Assembly: GCA_028339155.1 (NCBI GenBank)
Contig: JAOLBK010000002.1
Span: forward strand, 115,366 to 179,365
DNA length: 64,000 nt
DNA from: Litorivicinus sp.
Lineage (GTDB): Bacteria; Pseudomonadota; Gammaproteobacteria; Pseudomonadales; Litorivicinaceae
Reading direction: 5' to 3'
The stretch's first letter is position 1; each line of letters begins with the position of its first letter. The notes below the pieces were generated by a model. That model saw only the letters and a program-made list of their open reading frames with translations, was not told where the DNA came from and searched no databases. The position numbers were made by a program, and so were the translations under genes. Below, in pieces: positions 27,383 through 37,224 of the stretch.

Positions 27383-28372
27383 ATGAAAAAAATTCTTGGC
27401 ACTTTGTCTGCCGTGGCCTTTGCGGTCGGCGCGTCGGCGTCTTTTGCTGCGTGTGACGCGGGGGAACGTGTTGTTAAGCTATCTCACGTAACCGGCGGCA
27501 CCACACATCCAAAAGTTGTTGCATCAAATAACCTCGCTGAGCGTGTGAACAAGGAAATGAACGGCAAGTTGTGCGTTGAGGTGTATCCAAACAGCACACT
27601 GTTTGGTGATTCAAAAGAGCTTGAAGCGTTGCTTCTTGGTGACGTTCAGTTGCTTGCACCTTCTTTGTCAAAGTTTGGTTCATACACGAAGAAGTATGGT
27701 GTATTTGATCTTCCGTTTATCTTCAAGGATATGGATGCCGCGATGCGGTTCACTCAGTCTGAGACAGGTAAGGGCTTGTTGAATTCGATGGAAGACAAGG
27801 GCCTTGTTGGCCTTGGTTACTGGATGAGTGGCATGAAGTATTTTTCTGCTAACAAGCCATTAATGACTCCATCTGATGCAAACGGGCTTAAGTTCCGCGT
27901 ACAGAATTCGGACGTTGCTAAGGCGATGATTGCGGCGATGGGTGCATCACCTCAGCCAATGGCATTTGCTGAAGTATATGGTGCACTTCAAACAGGTGTG
28001 GTGGATGGCCAAGAAAATACATGGTCGAACATCTACACGAAGAAGTTCTTTGAAGTACAAGACAGTACGACTCAGACAAGTCATCAGTTGCTTGCGTATC
28101 TTTTTATGACGTCCAAAGAGTTCTTGGATAGCCTCGATGCGGGAACTCGTAAGCAGTTTTTATCGATTGCTGATGATGTCACGCAAAAGGCTAATTTGTC
28201 AGTCAAAGAAAAGGAAGAAGCGAACCGTCAGAATATCCTAAAGGCGGGTGGTACTATTCGTGATCTGACGCCAGCACAGCGAAAGCAATGGGTTGATGCG
28301 ATGAAGCCTGTTTGGAAACAGTTTGAAAAAGAAATTGGTGCAGATGTTATCGCAGCAGCGGCCGCATCATAA
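27383..28372 (+). CDS. dctP: TRAP C4-dicarboxylate-binding protein DctP
   Basis: VYPNSTLFGD, LEALLLGDVQLLAPSLSKF, GLKFRVQ, ALQTGVVDGQENTWSNIY. Confidence 0.92.
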   Translation: MKKILGTLSAVAFAVGASASFAACDAGERVVKLSHVTGGTTHPKVVASNNLAERVNKEMNGKLCVEVYPNSTLFGDSKELEALLLGDVQLLAPSLSKFGSYTKKYGVFDLPFIFKDMDAAMRFTQSETGKGLLNSMEDKGLVGLGYWMSGMKYFSANKPLMTPSDANGLKFRVQNSDVAKAMIAAMGASPQPMAFAEVYGALQTGVVDGQENTWSNIYTKKFFEVQDSTTQTSHQLLAYLFMTSKEFLDSLDAGTRKQFLSIADDVTQKANLSVKEKEEANRQNILKAGGTIRDLTPAQRKQWVDAMKPVWKQFEKEIGADVIAAAAAS

Positions 28373-28392
28373 AACCGCAGAATGGCATAACT

Positions 28393-28415
28393 GAGGGGGC
28401 GTAAGCCCCCTCTTC
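28393..28415 (+). terminator. Hairpin after dctP
   Basis: GAGGGGGC-GTAA-GCCCCCTC. Confidence 0.7.
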
Positions 28416-28440
28416 GTATTTATATTGAGGATTTTCGATC

Positions 28441-29124
28441 ATGGCCGGGTATACGCCGCATCTCTTGCTTCTGGGTTTGGTGATTGCGTTATTTGTTTGG
28501 GAACACTTCTTTCCCAAAGCGGTCGACAAATTTGAAGATAATTTATTAATCACGCTGATGATGCTTCTTACGTTGGTGTCTTTTGGTCAGGTGGTGGCCA
28601 GGTATTTCTTTAACACTGGTTGGTCGGCAGCGCTTGAGTTCACGATGGTTATATTTTCATGGCTGATACTTGTTGGTATGAGTTATGGCATTAAGCATGG
28701 CACCCATCTTGGTGTCGATATTCTGGTCAAGGCGGCGCCAAAGCCAGTCGCCAAGTGGTTAGCTATTTTTGGTGCGAGTACGGGGCTGATCTATGGGCTT
28801 ATTCTGCTGGATGCCGCTTGGTTGCAGATGATTGGGATTGATACGCGGTCTGGCGCGATCAATTACTGGTCTAAAATGTATAAAGTCAATATTGGTACTG
28901 AAGAGCTCCGGTGGCCCGTATTTATTCAAGAAACTTTCGGGGTGAAGGATCGTGTTCAGCGTTGGTTGGTGTTGATTATTCTTCCGGTCAGCTTGGCACT
29001 CCTGTCGTTTCGAAGTCTTCAAGCAATGGTGCAAATCTATAAAGGCGAACGGCATATGGTGATCGCCGGTCATGAAGCAGAAGATCTTGTCAAAGAAAAC
29101 AAAGATGTCTTGAAGGACGTATAA
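28441..29124 (+). CDS. dctQ: TRAP small permease DctQ
   Basis: QVVARY.FNTGWSAALE, SYGIKHGTHLGVD. Confidence 0.9.
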   Translation: MAGYTPHLLLLGLVIALFVWEHFFPKAVDKFEDNLLITLMMLLTLVSFGQVVARYFFNTGWSAALEFTMVIFSWLILVGMSYGIKHGTHLGVDILVKAAPKPVAKWLAIFGASTGLIYGLILLDAAWLQMIGIDTRSGAINYWSKMYKVNIGTEELRWPVFIQETFGVKDRVQRWLVLIILPVSLALLSFRSLQAMVQIYKGERHMVIAGHEAEDLVKENKDVLKDV

Positions 29125-29126
29125 CG

Positions 29127-30746
29127 ATGGACACCCTGATTCTATTTTCTTTAGTCCTTGGATTTTTATTTGTTGGCGTTCCGGTTGGCTTATCGCTTGG
29201 CTTGTCCTCGATCCTTTATGTGGCGATTTTCACTAATGAATCACTTTCATCGATTGCGATTTCATTATTTGGGGTCGGCACTCACTACACGCTGCTTGCG
29301 ATCCCATTCTTTATTTTGGCCTCGAGTTTTATGTCGACCGGCGGTGTTGCCAAGCGATTGATTCGTTTTGCGATTGCTGCGGTTGGTCACTTCCGGGGCG
29401 GATTGGCGATGGCATCGGTATTGGCCTGCATGATGTTCGCAGCGCTGTCTGGATCTTCGCCTGCGACCGTAGTGGCAATCGGCACGATCGCTATTGCTGG
29501 GATGCGTCAGGTCGGTTACTCCAAGGACTTTGCGGCAGGCATTATTGCCAATGCCGGAACGCTTGGAATCTTAATTCCGCCCTCGATTGTTATGGTTGTT
29601 TACGCTGCATCTGTTGATGTTTCTGTTGGGCGTATGTTTCTTGCTGGCGTAATTCCAGGAATTTTAGCTGGCCTTATGCTGATGGGCGCCATTTATGTGG
29701 TTGCTAGGTATAAGAATCTTCCAGCGCAGCCTTGGGCCGGCTTTGGTGAGCTCTTTGCGGGCGCTAAGGATGCATTTTGGGGCCTTTTCCTGATTGTTAT
29801 TATTATGGGCGGCATCTACGGTGGTGTTTTTACTCCGACAGAGGCTGCGGCGGCGGCCGCTGTTTATGCAGCATTTGTGGCGCTTTTCATTTATCGGGAT
29901 ATGGGTCCATTCAAAGATGAGCCGTGGGTCCTCGAGACGGATAGTCAGGAGTCCGTCACTGGTTTTAAAGCCTCAGTTTATGGCGTTACATTTTTGTTGG
30001 TGGCTTTGATTTTATCGTTTTTTGCGTTGTCTGATGTGGAAGGAATCACGCTGACTATCCGCTTCCAGTGGTCGTGCATTGCATCAATTGCGCTCATGCT
30101 TTGTTACCTGTGCTGGCGAGGGCAAACAACGAGCCCTTTGCGCATGGCCTGGCTTGTAGGCTCTGGTCTGAAAATTTGGAGTCGTAATCTTTGGCTGATG
30201 ATGCGTGGTTTTTTCCCTGCGATTGGTGGACATGAAACCAAGCAAGTGATTTTGGATGCGACCAAGACCACCATTATGCTGATGTTTATTATCGCAAATG
30301 CGCTCTTGTTTGCGCACACGCTTGCCGCAGAACGGATTCCGCAAACGATCACCGAGTGGATGCTGAGCGCTGGCTTTAATTGGTTTACGTTTCTCATTGC
30401 AGTGAATATTTTACTGCTATTGGGCGGTCAATTCATGGAACCGTCAGGGTTGTTGTTGATTGTGGCTCCAGTCGTTTTTCCAATCGCCATGGAACTTGGT
30501 ATTGATCCAATCCATCTTGGAATTATCATGGTGGTGAATATGGAGATTGGGATGATCACGCCGCCCATTGGGTTAAATCTGTTTGTGACATCGGGTATTA
30601 CCGGAATGAGTCTTGCTCGCGTCGTTAAAGCCGCAGCGCCTTTTGTGGCCGTTCTATTCGTCTTTTTGATTATTGTGACATATGTGCCGTGGTTATCGAC
30701 ATGGTTGCCAACTTTGGTCATGGGCCCGGAAATCGTTACTAAATGA
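29127..30746 (+). CDS. dctM: TRAP large permease DctM with central insertion
   Basis: LLAIPFFILA, SGSSPATV, GILIPPSI, FTPTEAA, EIGMITPPIGLNLF. Confidence 0.93.
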   Translation: MDTLILFSLVLGFLFVGVPVGLSLGLSSILYVAIFTNESLSSIAISLFGVGTHYTLLAIPFFILASSFMSTGGVAKRLIRFAIAAVGHFRGGLAMASVLACMMFAALSGSSPATVVAIGTIAIAGMRQVGYSKDFAAGIIANAGTLGILIPPSIVMVVYAASVDVSVGRMFLAGVIPGILAGLMLMGAIYVVARYKNLPAQPWAGFGELFAGAKDAFWGLFLIVIIMGGIYGGVFTPTEAAAAAAVYAAFVALFIYRDMGPFKDEPWVLETDSQESVTGFKASVYGVTFLLVALILSFFALSDVEGITLTIRFQWSCIASIALMLCYLCWRGQTTSPLRMAWLVGSGLKIWSRNLWLMMRGFFPAIGGHETKQVILDATKTTIMLMFIIANALLFAHTLAAERIPQTITEWMLSAGFNWFTFLIAVNILLLLGGQFMEPSGLLLIVAPVVFPIAMELGIDPIHLGIIMVVNMEIGMITPPIGLNLFVTSGITGMSLARVVKAAAPFVAVLFVFLIIVTYVPWLSTWLPTLVMGPEIVTK

Positions 30747-30937
30747 GAGTAATTTTTTTGTGGATCAATATTGTCTAATTCGTTTCTCTGAGTACTAATT
30801 AAATTATAGTGATAATTATATTTGAATTTATTCTCTCTAGTACCTTATTGTACATGGGTGATTTTTGGATCATAAGTTGGGTCAATTATTGAAATAAGAG
30901 TGGACCAGCTTCAAAGGAAAACTAATTAAAGGGATTT

Positions 30938-31480
30938 ATGCCTGTTGAGCTGCTAATTCTATTAGCGACTTGGATTGTTGGTTATTCGCTGATTGCAAGT
31001 TTACTCCTTGCAGAGTATCGCGCGTTGTCTGATGACAGTCGATTTCGGACCTATGCGTGGTTCATTGAGGCGCTCCAAGATCTCAAGGACGATGCGTTAT
31101 ACCAAATCGAGGTTGCGGATACGATAGAAATCCTTGATCAGGTGCGTGAAAAGTATCTAAAAATTAATGGCTCAATCCGAATGCACAAAAAAAAATTGAG
31201 TGATATTCCGGCCGAGGATCGTCCTGTAGCGGGCGGAAAAATTTATCAGACTCTAGAAATTTTGCGGGCTTCAATGGAGTTGAAGAGACAGGCTATAAAA
31301 TTAGCACTCAGAAATGCACAAACAAATAGACCTGGTACAAGTTCTGAGGCCGTTTTTGCGCCATTGAAGAAAGACGGTCGACAGAAGGACGGTATTCGGC
31401 CGCTTGGTGAGAAAACTGAAGGATTAAACCGAAAAGTGATCTTTGATAAGGTTCCTAAGGACAATGTCCCAGCCGAATGA
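30938..31480 (+). CDS. Hypothetical membrane-anchored protein
   Basis: 180-aa ORF with N-terminal hydrophobic helix and RBS AAAGGG. Confidence 0.6.
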   Translation: MPVELLILLATWIVGYSLIASLLLAEYRALSDDSRFRTYAWFIEALQDLKDDALYQIEVADTIEILDQVREKYLKINGSIRMHKKKLSDIPAEDRPVAGGKIYQTLEILRASMELKRQAIKLALRNAQTNRPGTSSEAVFAPLKKDGRQKDGIRPLGEKTEGLNRKVIFDKVPKDNVPAE

Positions 31481-31607
31481 GCTCTGCGCCTGCGCATAAT
31501 CTCCTTGAGATTTATGATTTTGCTTTCAAATTCTGATCTGAGTCCCTTATTTTTTTTAAAAAATAAATACCGTTATCATTGTTCAGATTTATCTTTGCTC
31601 TCTGCAA

Positions 31608-32240
31608 CTAATCAGGCAGATACCGATCGTTCCAGCGAAGTACTGCATTGAAACTGACTGAAATTCGCGTTTCATGAGAAAGGTTGGGGTGAACGAGGTG
31701 GTGTAGAAAGGCGGGCCACAAAAGCAGGGTTCCTGGTTCTGGTTTGATCCGGTACTCCGGATCCACCTGCGAGTCCCCGCGGATTGCAGTCATATTGGCC
31801 TGAGGCCGAGGATCAAAGAAGCTGATGCAGTTTGGTGTTCGGTCGTCCCGGCCCAGGGGCAAGGTCTCGTGTTCGGGGACCGACACGTAATACGTACCGC
31901 TTAACCAAGCGTGCGGATGATTGTGAAGATTATGGTAGTCACCCATTCGATTAATATTCGGCCATGCTTGTAATCCAAAATCGAGATCATAATTAACGCC
32001 GTCTGCCTTGGCGTAATCGACAACCGCTCTCTGGACCGATTGTTTGAGCCAGTCGACAGCCGGGTGGCCGTCATTGAATAGATTGTCACTCAAATAATCC
32101 GTTGTTAGTTGATCCTTTTCCGAATCAAGCCGGTCAAGGTGCTCGATGAGCACAGCATTAGCTTGCTCATGTCCTGGCAACGAGATCTGCATGAATAGTG
32201 TTGGCCAGAGTGTTTTGAATTCAGCGGTCGGATTTGACAT
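31608..32240 (-). CDS. 2OG-Fe(II) oxygenase family protein (TIGR02466-like)
   Basis: WPNIN..GDYHNLHNHPHAWLSGTYYV, FFDPRP, LLWPAFLHHLVHPN, RISVSFN. Confidence 0.85.
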   Translation of the reverse strand: MSNPTAEFKTLWPTLFMQISLPGHEQANAVLIEHLDRLDSEKDQLTTDYLSDNLFNDGHPAVDWLKQSVQRAVVDYAKADGVNYDLDFGLQAWPNINRMGDYHNLHNHPHAWLSGTYYVSVPEHETLPLGRDDRTPNCISFFDPRPQANMTAIRGDSQVDPEYRIKPEPGTLLLWPAFLHHLVHPNLSHETRISVSFNAVLRWNDRYLPD

Positions 32241-32578
32241 TGGGACCTCATGGATCATCTGCTTACAGTGTCGTAGACTATCTTACAGTCATGGGGCCCC
32301 AGTAAATGATTACATGTCTTTGCCGGATGATTGACTCGAGTGTTTTTGATACAGATGAGGCACTTAAAAACCGTATATTGAAGGGTGACTTCAGTTGTGG
32401 GCAGTGTCAGATGTTCTATTTGATTGAGTCAGGGGTTCCGACGCGCGTGGATAACGACAATTCGACCTAGTGTCTTGAGACTAAGCGATTGTTAAAATAA
32501 GTTGGATAAAAATGCACCAATTAGCTGTTAAGCGACGAGCAAAATCTTCCAGTGCAGGTGTGATGACCACAGATGAGC

Positions 32579-32605
32579 GGGGAGGCGGTCATTCACCGCT
32601 CCCCT
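32579..32605 (-). terminator. Hairpin downstream of the 74-aa gene
   Basis: GGGGAG(G)CGGT-loop-ACCGCTCCCC. Confidence 0.55.
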
Positions 32606-32613
32606 GACTTACT

Positions 32614-32838
32614 TTAACCGCGCTTAAGAACTTCAGCATTCAAAATTGTCGAGATTTGACTTGCAGTTAAACCTTTGTATTCAGTCGTTCCTACCAAGTA
32701 CTGCGCAGTCTGGTAGTTAGCTTGCAACTGGCGACCCAATTGAATGCCATGAAATACGCTGATTGCCGTATCGCGAATTTTTGCGCAGATCATGCATGTT
32801 GTCTGAAAGTAAAAGCTTGTGGCTTGAAGTGTGCTCAT
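32614..32838 (-). CDS. Small hypothetical protein (74 aa)
   Basis: Strong AAGGAG RBS and downstream hairpin. Confidence 0.65.
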   Translation of the reverse strand: MSTLQATSFYFQTTCMICAKIRDTAISVFHGIQLGRQLQANYQTAQYLVGTTEYKGLTASQISTILNAEVLKRG

Positions 32839-33021
32839 TGTTCGACTCCTTGTGAGAGGTTGTTACCTTAAGTAACTATACTAAAGTATATTATACATAG
32901 GCGTCAATACTTTTTAGTGAGCGGCTAGTCACTAACATGATACAGATTCGGCTTCAGCAGCCTCGGGCTGGTATATTTTGAATATTGATGTGATGACTGC
33001 TTTGAAAGGTGGGGACTTATA

Positions 33022-33222
33022 ATGATGCACTGGGTTTTGATTGTTTTTCTTAAACTTGATGATGGAGTGATCAGTTCAACCAAGATTGATACCGTGCCTC
33101 TCGATTATGGAGCGGTATTCAGTTCGGAATCTGATTGTCAGATATGGGGAGAGGCAAGGCTTGCGTCGAAGTCAGTCGATCGATTTATATGCCTACCAAG
33201 GCCTGCTTACAAGTCGAGATAA
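33022..33222 (+). CDS. Small hypothetical protein (66 aa) with two Cys
   Basis: W.L...F.S..C...C.P pattern; GGTGGGG RBS. Confidence 0.6.
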   Translation: MMHWVLIVFLKLDDGVISSTKIDTVPLDYGAVFSSESDCQIWGEARLASKSVDRFICLPRPAYKSR

Positions 33223-33372
33223 TACTGAAATCTATGAAACCAATGACTCACTTTCTGCTTTGATAATGTTGATTCAATTTTTAAAAGAACTATTCATTTG
33301 CTCATGCCCCTAACCAGGGCGCATTCGGTTGTGGAATTGTTGTTTACTGGAAACGCGCTTTATTAACGCTTG

Positions 33373-34182
33373 TTATGGATATTTTTGCCGGTTGTATTCA
33401 ATTAACCCGTCTAACTTGGATTCAACGTCTCTCAAGCGTTTTAAGAGTTGGTCGCTTTCAGTCTCTCTATCGGCCTCATTCTCATGATTTGTATTGCGTG
33501 ACATCGCGTCTACGATCAGGCCGATAAATAAATTCAATACAGCGAACGAAGTTGCAACGATGAACGGAATGAAAAATAACCATGCCATGGGGTAGAGCGC
33601 CATCGTCGGCCTCGCGATTTCTGCCCAGCTATCCAGAGTCATGACTTGAAACAGCGTGAATGCCGATGAGCCTAGCGACCCAAACATCTGTTGCATGAGC
33701 GGGTCAGGATTCGATCCAAATAATTTAGTGGCCAAAACTGAGCATATATAAAAGACAAGCATTAAAACGCCGATTACGGATCCCATTCCTGGAAGTGCTG
33801 AGACCAGACCGTTCAGTACCCGTTTCATCTCAGGGACTAATGACAGTAGCCTCATAACTCGCAATACTCTGAGGACTCTTAATACAGATAATGCCCCGGT
33901 GGTTGGCACCCAGCTAATCGTCACGACTAAGAAGTCGAATACATTCCACGGATCCTTGAAAAAATCTTTTTTGGAGACAAAGATTTTTAGGGTTAACTCG
34001 ACCGTGAAAACAAGAAGGATTGCTTTGTCAAAAAGCTCGAAGATGGTTCCATATTGACTGCTAATTTCGGGGTATGTATCGAGTCCTAGTGTAATGGCGT
34101 TGATGCAAATTAAGCCGATGATTACCCCGCTAAATCGCGAATCTTCAACAAATTTCTTTAAATGGTATTTACCAAGCTGCAC
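33373..34182 (-). CDS. Bacterial voltage-gated cation channel (BacNav family)
   Basis: FFKDPWNVFDFLVV, S4 LRVLRVLRVMRL, filter FQVMTLDSWAE, S6 FAVLNLFIGLIVDAM, C-terminal coiled coil; GTG start 34182 preferred. Confidence 0.93.
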   Translation of the reverse strand: MQLGKYHLKKFVEDSRFSGVIIGLICINAITLGLDTYPEISSQYGTIFELFDKAILLVFTVELTLKIFVSKKDFFKDPWNVFDFLVVTISWVPTTGALSVLRVLRVLRVMRLLSLVPEMKRVLNGLVSALPGMGSVIGVLMLVFYICSVLATKLFGSNPDPLMQQMFGSLGSSAFTLFQVMTLDSWAEIARPTMALYPMAWLFFIPFIVATSFAVLNLFIGLIVDAMSRNTNHENEADRETESDQLLKRLRDVESKLDGLIEYNRQKYP

Positions 34183-34427
34183 GTCTTCTTCCCATAGCAA
34201 TATAACGATTTGCTCTGCAGAAACTTGCGCTGCAGAGGTCTGCCCCACTGGTCACGAAATTTTCGTAGATTTGAGGGGGTTTTTATTTTTGAGTCCAAAG
34301 AAGAAATTATATTACGCAATTGTTATATTGAGCAAACACGCTCGTACTGATGAGTATTGTATTTATGTTACGGCTGGTTGGCAGTTGGTAATGAAAATCA
34401 GTAGTTGAAGTTTTAAGGTGGTTTCGA

Positions 34428-35576
34428 ATGCAAAAAAAATCTATGAAGAGGTCGTCACTGTTTGTTGCCTGTGTAGTGGGATGTGCCTTTTTACTCGGGA
34501 ATATGTCTTTGTCTACCGCCCAGGAAACGGGCCATTCGGAAGGTGGGGTGAATCATCAAGAGGCTGCACCAGCTCACGGGACTCAAACGAATCCAGTTGA
34601 TGTCACTCGAGTCGAGGTAAAATTCGTCTTGGATGAAATTCGTAATATCAATATTACAGCGGCGACCTACGGAGTTGTGGCTGAGGTTTTGCAGCAGTGG
34701 CAAGACGACGGCAGTATGCGGGAGGCGTTGGGTAATCCCGAGGCGAAGGTGATTCTGACGGGTGACCAGGTGAATTCGCTGCATGATTCGGTGTTCTTAC
34801 CTGAATTCTTTGTTGCAAATGCCGAAGGCGCGCGTGAAACGATGGTGCGCAGTCTCGTTTTATATCCTGAAGGAACGATCGACCTGTTTGAAAAGTTTGC
34901 GGTTGACGTGACGCTCGACAGTGACATGCACTCGTACCCATTTGGTGCTTTGGATCTGCACTTAGAGCTCGAGGCCTTTACCGACGATATCAGCGGACTT
35001 GAGTTTGTATCGGGAGGTTTCGAGGTTGGCCACGCATCGCACTCTGACGAGGCAGCGCATGGTGGTGGAGTCATTAAAGGCAATTGGACCGCAATCGATC
35101 ATTTTGTACGTTCAAATACGATGAGTAGTATGAACTTGGGCGGGCATGACAAATTTTCAAATATTTCCTATCACGTTGAAGTGCAGCATGACGTTGCTGA
35201 TATTCTGCAAAAAATCATTCTCCCACTGGTTGTCGTCGTCCTGCTTTCATTAGCAATCAGCCATTTTTGTTCTTTGCAATTTTCAGCCAATGCCGACTGG
35301 CGTATTGGCGGGCAGATTACGTTGATTTTGACAATATTTGCATTGAAGTTTTCACTTGGCGACGATGTGCCAAAAACTCATTTTCTGACGATGATTGATG
35401 CGCTAATGATTGGCTCATCGACTCTTATTTCGTTGGCCTTATTTGCCGGTATTTACCTCAATGATGCATTTCAGCGTGAATCAAAAACGGCGCATGCATT
35501 GGAAGCTCGTTGGAATATTTTCTTACCACTGGCCGCAATTGCCATGGCTGTATGGGTCGCTTCATTCGTCGTTTGA
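34428..35576 (+). CDS. Prokaryotic pentameric ligand-gated ion channel (GLIC/ELIC-like)
   Basis: Signal peptide; W.D, LPEFFVANA, DMHSYPFG Pro-loop, four TM helices (KIILPL..., RIGGQITLILT, VPKTHFLTMID). Confidence 0.85.
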   Translation: MQKKSMKRSSLFVACVVGCAFLLGNMSLSTAQETGHSEGGVNHQEAAPAHGTQTNPVDVTRVEVKFVLDEIRNINITAATYGVVAEVLQQWQDDGSMREALGNPEAKVILTGDQVNSLHDSVFLPEFFVANAEGARETMVRSLVLYPEGTIDLFEKFAVDVTLDSDMHSYPFGALDLHLELEAFTDDISGLEFVSGGFEVGHASHSDEAAHGGGVIKGNWTAIDHFVRSNTMSSMNLGGHDKFSNISYHVEVQHDVADILQKIILPLVVVVLLSLAISHFCSLQFSANADWRIGGQITLILTIFALKFSLGDDVPKTHFLTMIDALMIGSSTLISLALFAGIYLNDAFQRESKTAHALEARWNIFLPLAAIAMAVWVASFVV

Positions 35577-35672
35577 TGAAACGCCGTTAGATTAAAACTC
35601 TCGGGCTCTTTAATTCTTTTTGAAAGGCCCGGGATTTGATGCGTTTGAATCTACTGACGTTCGCTTTCGACA

Positions 35673-35718
35673 GCACTAAGTTAGTGCTCTAATCATGCCC
35701 TCTGCACCATCTCAGTTC
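35673..35718. promoter_or_regulatory. Tandem NtrC-type enhancer sites
   Basis: GCAC-TAAGTTA-GTGC (35673) and GCAC-CATCTCA-GTTC (35704), 31 bp apart. Confidence 0.75.
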
Positions 35719-35796
35719 GCTTTATTGAGCCCTCTTTTCTCGCAAATGAGGAAAAGTTATGATTAAAATCAATTTGATAAGTGCTTCCAGGATCGG

Positions 35797-35813
35797 TTGG
35801 CACGTTCTCTGCT
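35797..35813 (+). promoter_or_regulatory. sigma-54 promoter of urt/ure operon
   Basis: TTGGCACGTTCTCTGCT, GG-N10-GC. Confidence 0.8.
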
Positions 35814-35865
35814 CTCACTAATATTGCAAGTCACATTGCATATTAATTTAAACGGAGAAATCGAT

Positions 35866-37176
35866 ATGACCAAACAATCCTGGAAGCATACTCTCAAGCA
35901 TACCATTATAGCGTCAGCAATTGGTTTGACGGCATCAGTTGCCCAAGGCGCGGCGCACCTTCCTGGTGAAACCATCAAGGTAGGGGTTCTTCATTCGCTG
36001 TCAGGCACAATGGCTATTTCTGAAACTACGCTGAAAGACACAGTTTTGATGATGATTGATCAGCAAAATAAAGAAGGGGGGCTTTTAGGCAAGCAGTTAG
36101 AGGCCGTTGTGGTTGATCCTGCGAGTAATTGGCCGCTGTTCGCAGAAAAAGCCAGAGAGTTACTCGTCAAAGAAGAAGTTGAGGTAATTTTCGGGTCCTG
36201 GACGTCGGTATCCAGAAAGTCAGTTCTTCCCGTTATCGAGGAATTAAATGGATTGATGTTTTACCCAGTTCAATACGAAGGTGAGGAGTCCAGTAAAAAC
36301 GTTTTTTATACGGGTGCTGCGCCAAATCAGCAAGCCATTCCGGCCGTGGATTATATGATGGGTGAGTTAGGTGTTACACGATTTGTGTTAGCTGGGACTG
36401 ACTACGTTTATCCCCGCACTACCAATAAAATACTTGAGAATTACCTAAGAAATAAAGGCATTCCTGCAAGCGATATCATGATCAATTATACGCCATTTGG
36501 TCACAGTGATTGGCAAACGATCGTATCTGATATTAAGGGTTTTGGTTCAGAGGGTAAAAAGACAGCTGTTGTGAGTACTATCAACGGTGATGCGAATGTA
36601 CCGTTCTATAAAGAATTAGGTAATCAGGGTATTAGTGCCGAAGATATTCCGGTGATCGCCTTCTCGGTAGGTGAGGAAGAGCTGTCGGGTATTGATACTA
36701 CGCCGCTTGTTGGACACTTGGCTGCTTGGAATTATTTTATGAGTGCTGAAGCCGATGTCAATGACGAGTTTATTGAGGCTTGGCATGCTTTCACAGGCGA
36801 TAAAAAACGCGTAACAAATGATCCGATGGAGGCTACTTATATTGGCTTCAAAATGTGGGTAAAGGCTGTTGAAAAAGCTGGCACTACAGAAGTTGATGCT
36901 GTTCGGTCCGCCATTTATGGAACAGCAGTCCCTAATCTCACGGGTGGCACGGCGGTAATGCATACCAATCACCATCTTCAAAAGCCGGTCTTAATTGGTG
37001 AGATAAAAGATGATGGTCAATTCGAAATTGTGTACCAGACCGCCGGTGAAGTAATTGGCGATGCTTGGACTGATTTCTTACCTGATTCAGCTAAGATTAT
37101 TGCTGATTGGACCGCCCCAGTCTCATGCGGTAACTACAACCTAGAAACACAAAAGTGTTCTGGACAAAACTTCTAA
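35866..37176 (+). CDS. urtA: Urea ABC transporter substrate-binding protein
   Basis: IKVGVLHSLSGTMAISE, DPASNWPLFAEKARELL, YPVQYEGEE; RBS GGAG before 35866. Confidence 0.95.
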   Translation: MTKQSWKHTLKHTIIASAIGLTASVAQGAAHLPGETIKVGVLHSLSGTMAISETTLKDTVLMMIDQQNKEGGLLGKQLEAVVVDPASNWPLFAEKARELLVKEEVEVIFGSWTSVSRKSVLPVIEELNGLMFYPVQYEGEESSKNVFYTGAAPNQQAIPAVDYMMGELGVTRFVLAGTDYVYPRTTNKILENYLRNKGIPASDIMINYTPFGHSDWQTIVSDIKGFGSEGKKTAVVSTINGDANVPFYKELGNQGISAEDIPVIAFSVGEEELSGIDTTPLVGHLAAWNYFMSAEADVNDEFIEAWHAFTGDKKRVTNDPMEATYIGFKMWVKAVEKAGTTEVDAVRSAIYGTAVPNLTGGTAVMHTNHHLQKPVLIGEIKDDGQFEIVYQTAGEVIGDAWTDFLPDSAKIIADWTAPVSCGNYNLETQKCSGQNF

Positions 37177-37224
37177 TAGACAAAAATGAGAACCGGACGA
37201 AGTCCGGTTCTCGAGGCTTATTGA

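Noticed and set aside
32429-32560. AGGGGTTCCG resembling the start of a guanidine-I (ykkC) riboswitch
   Set aside because: Downstream conserved elements not found and no suitable gene follows on that strand
35797-35865. ORF-track TTG start of urtA
   Set aside because: Coincides with the sigma-54 promoter; RBS supports ATG 35866
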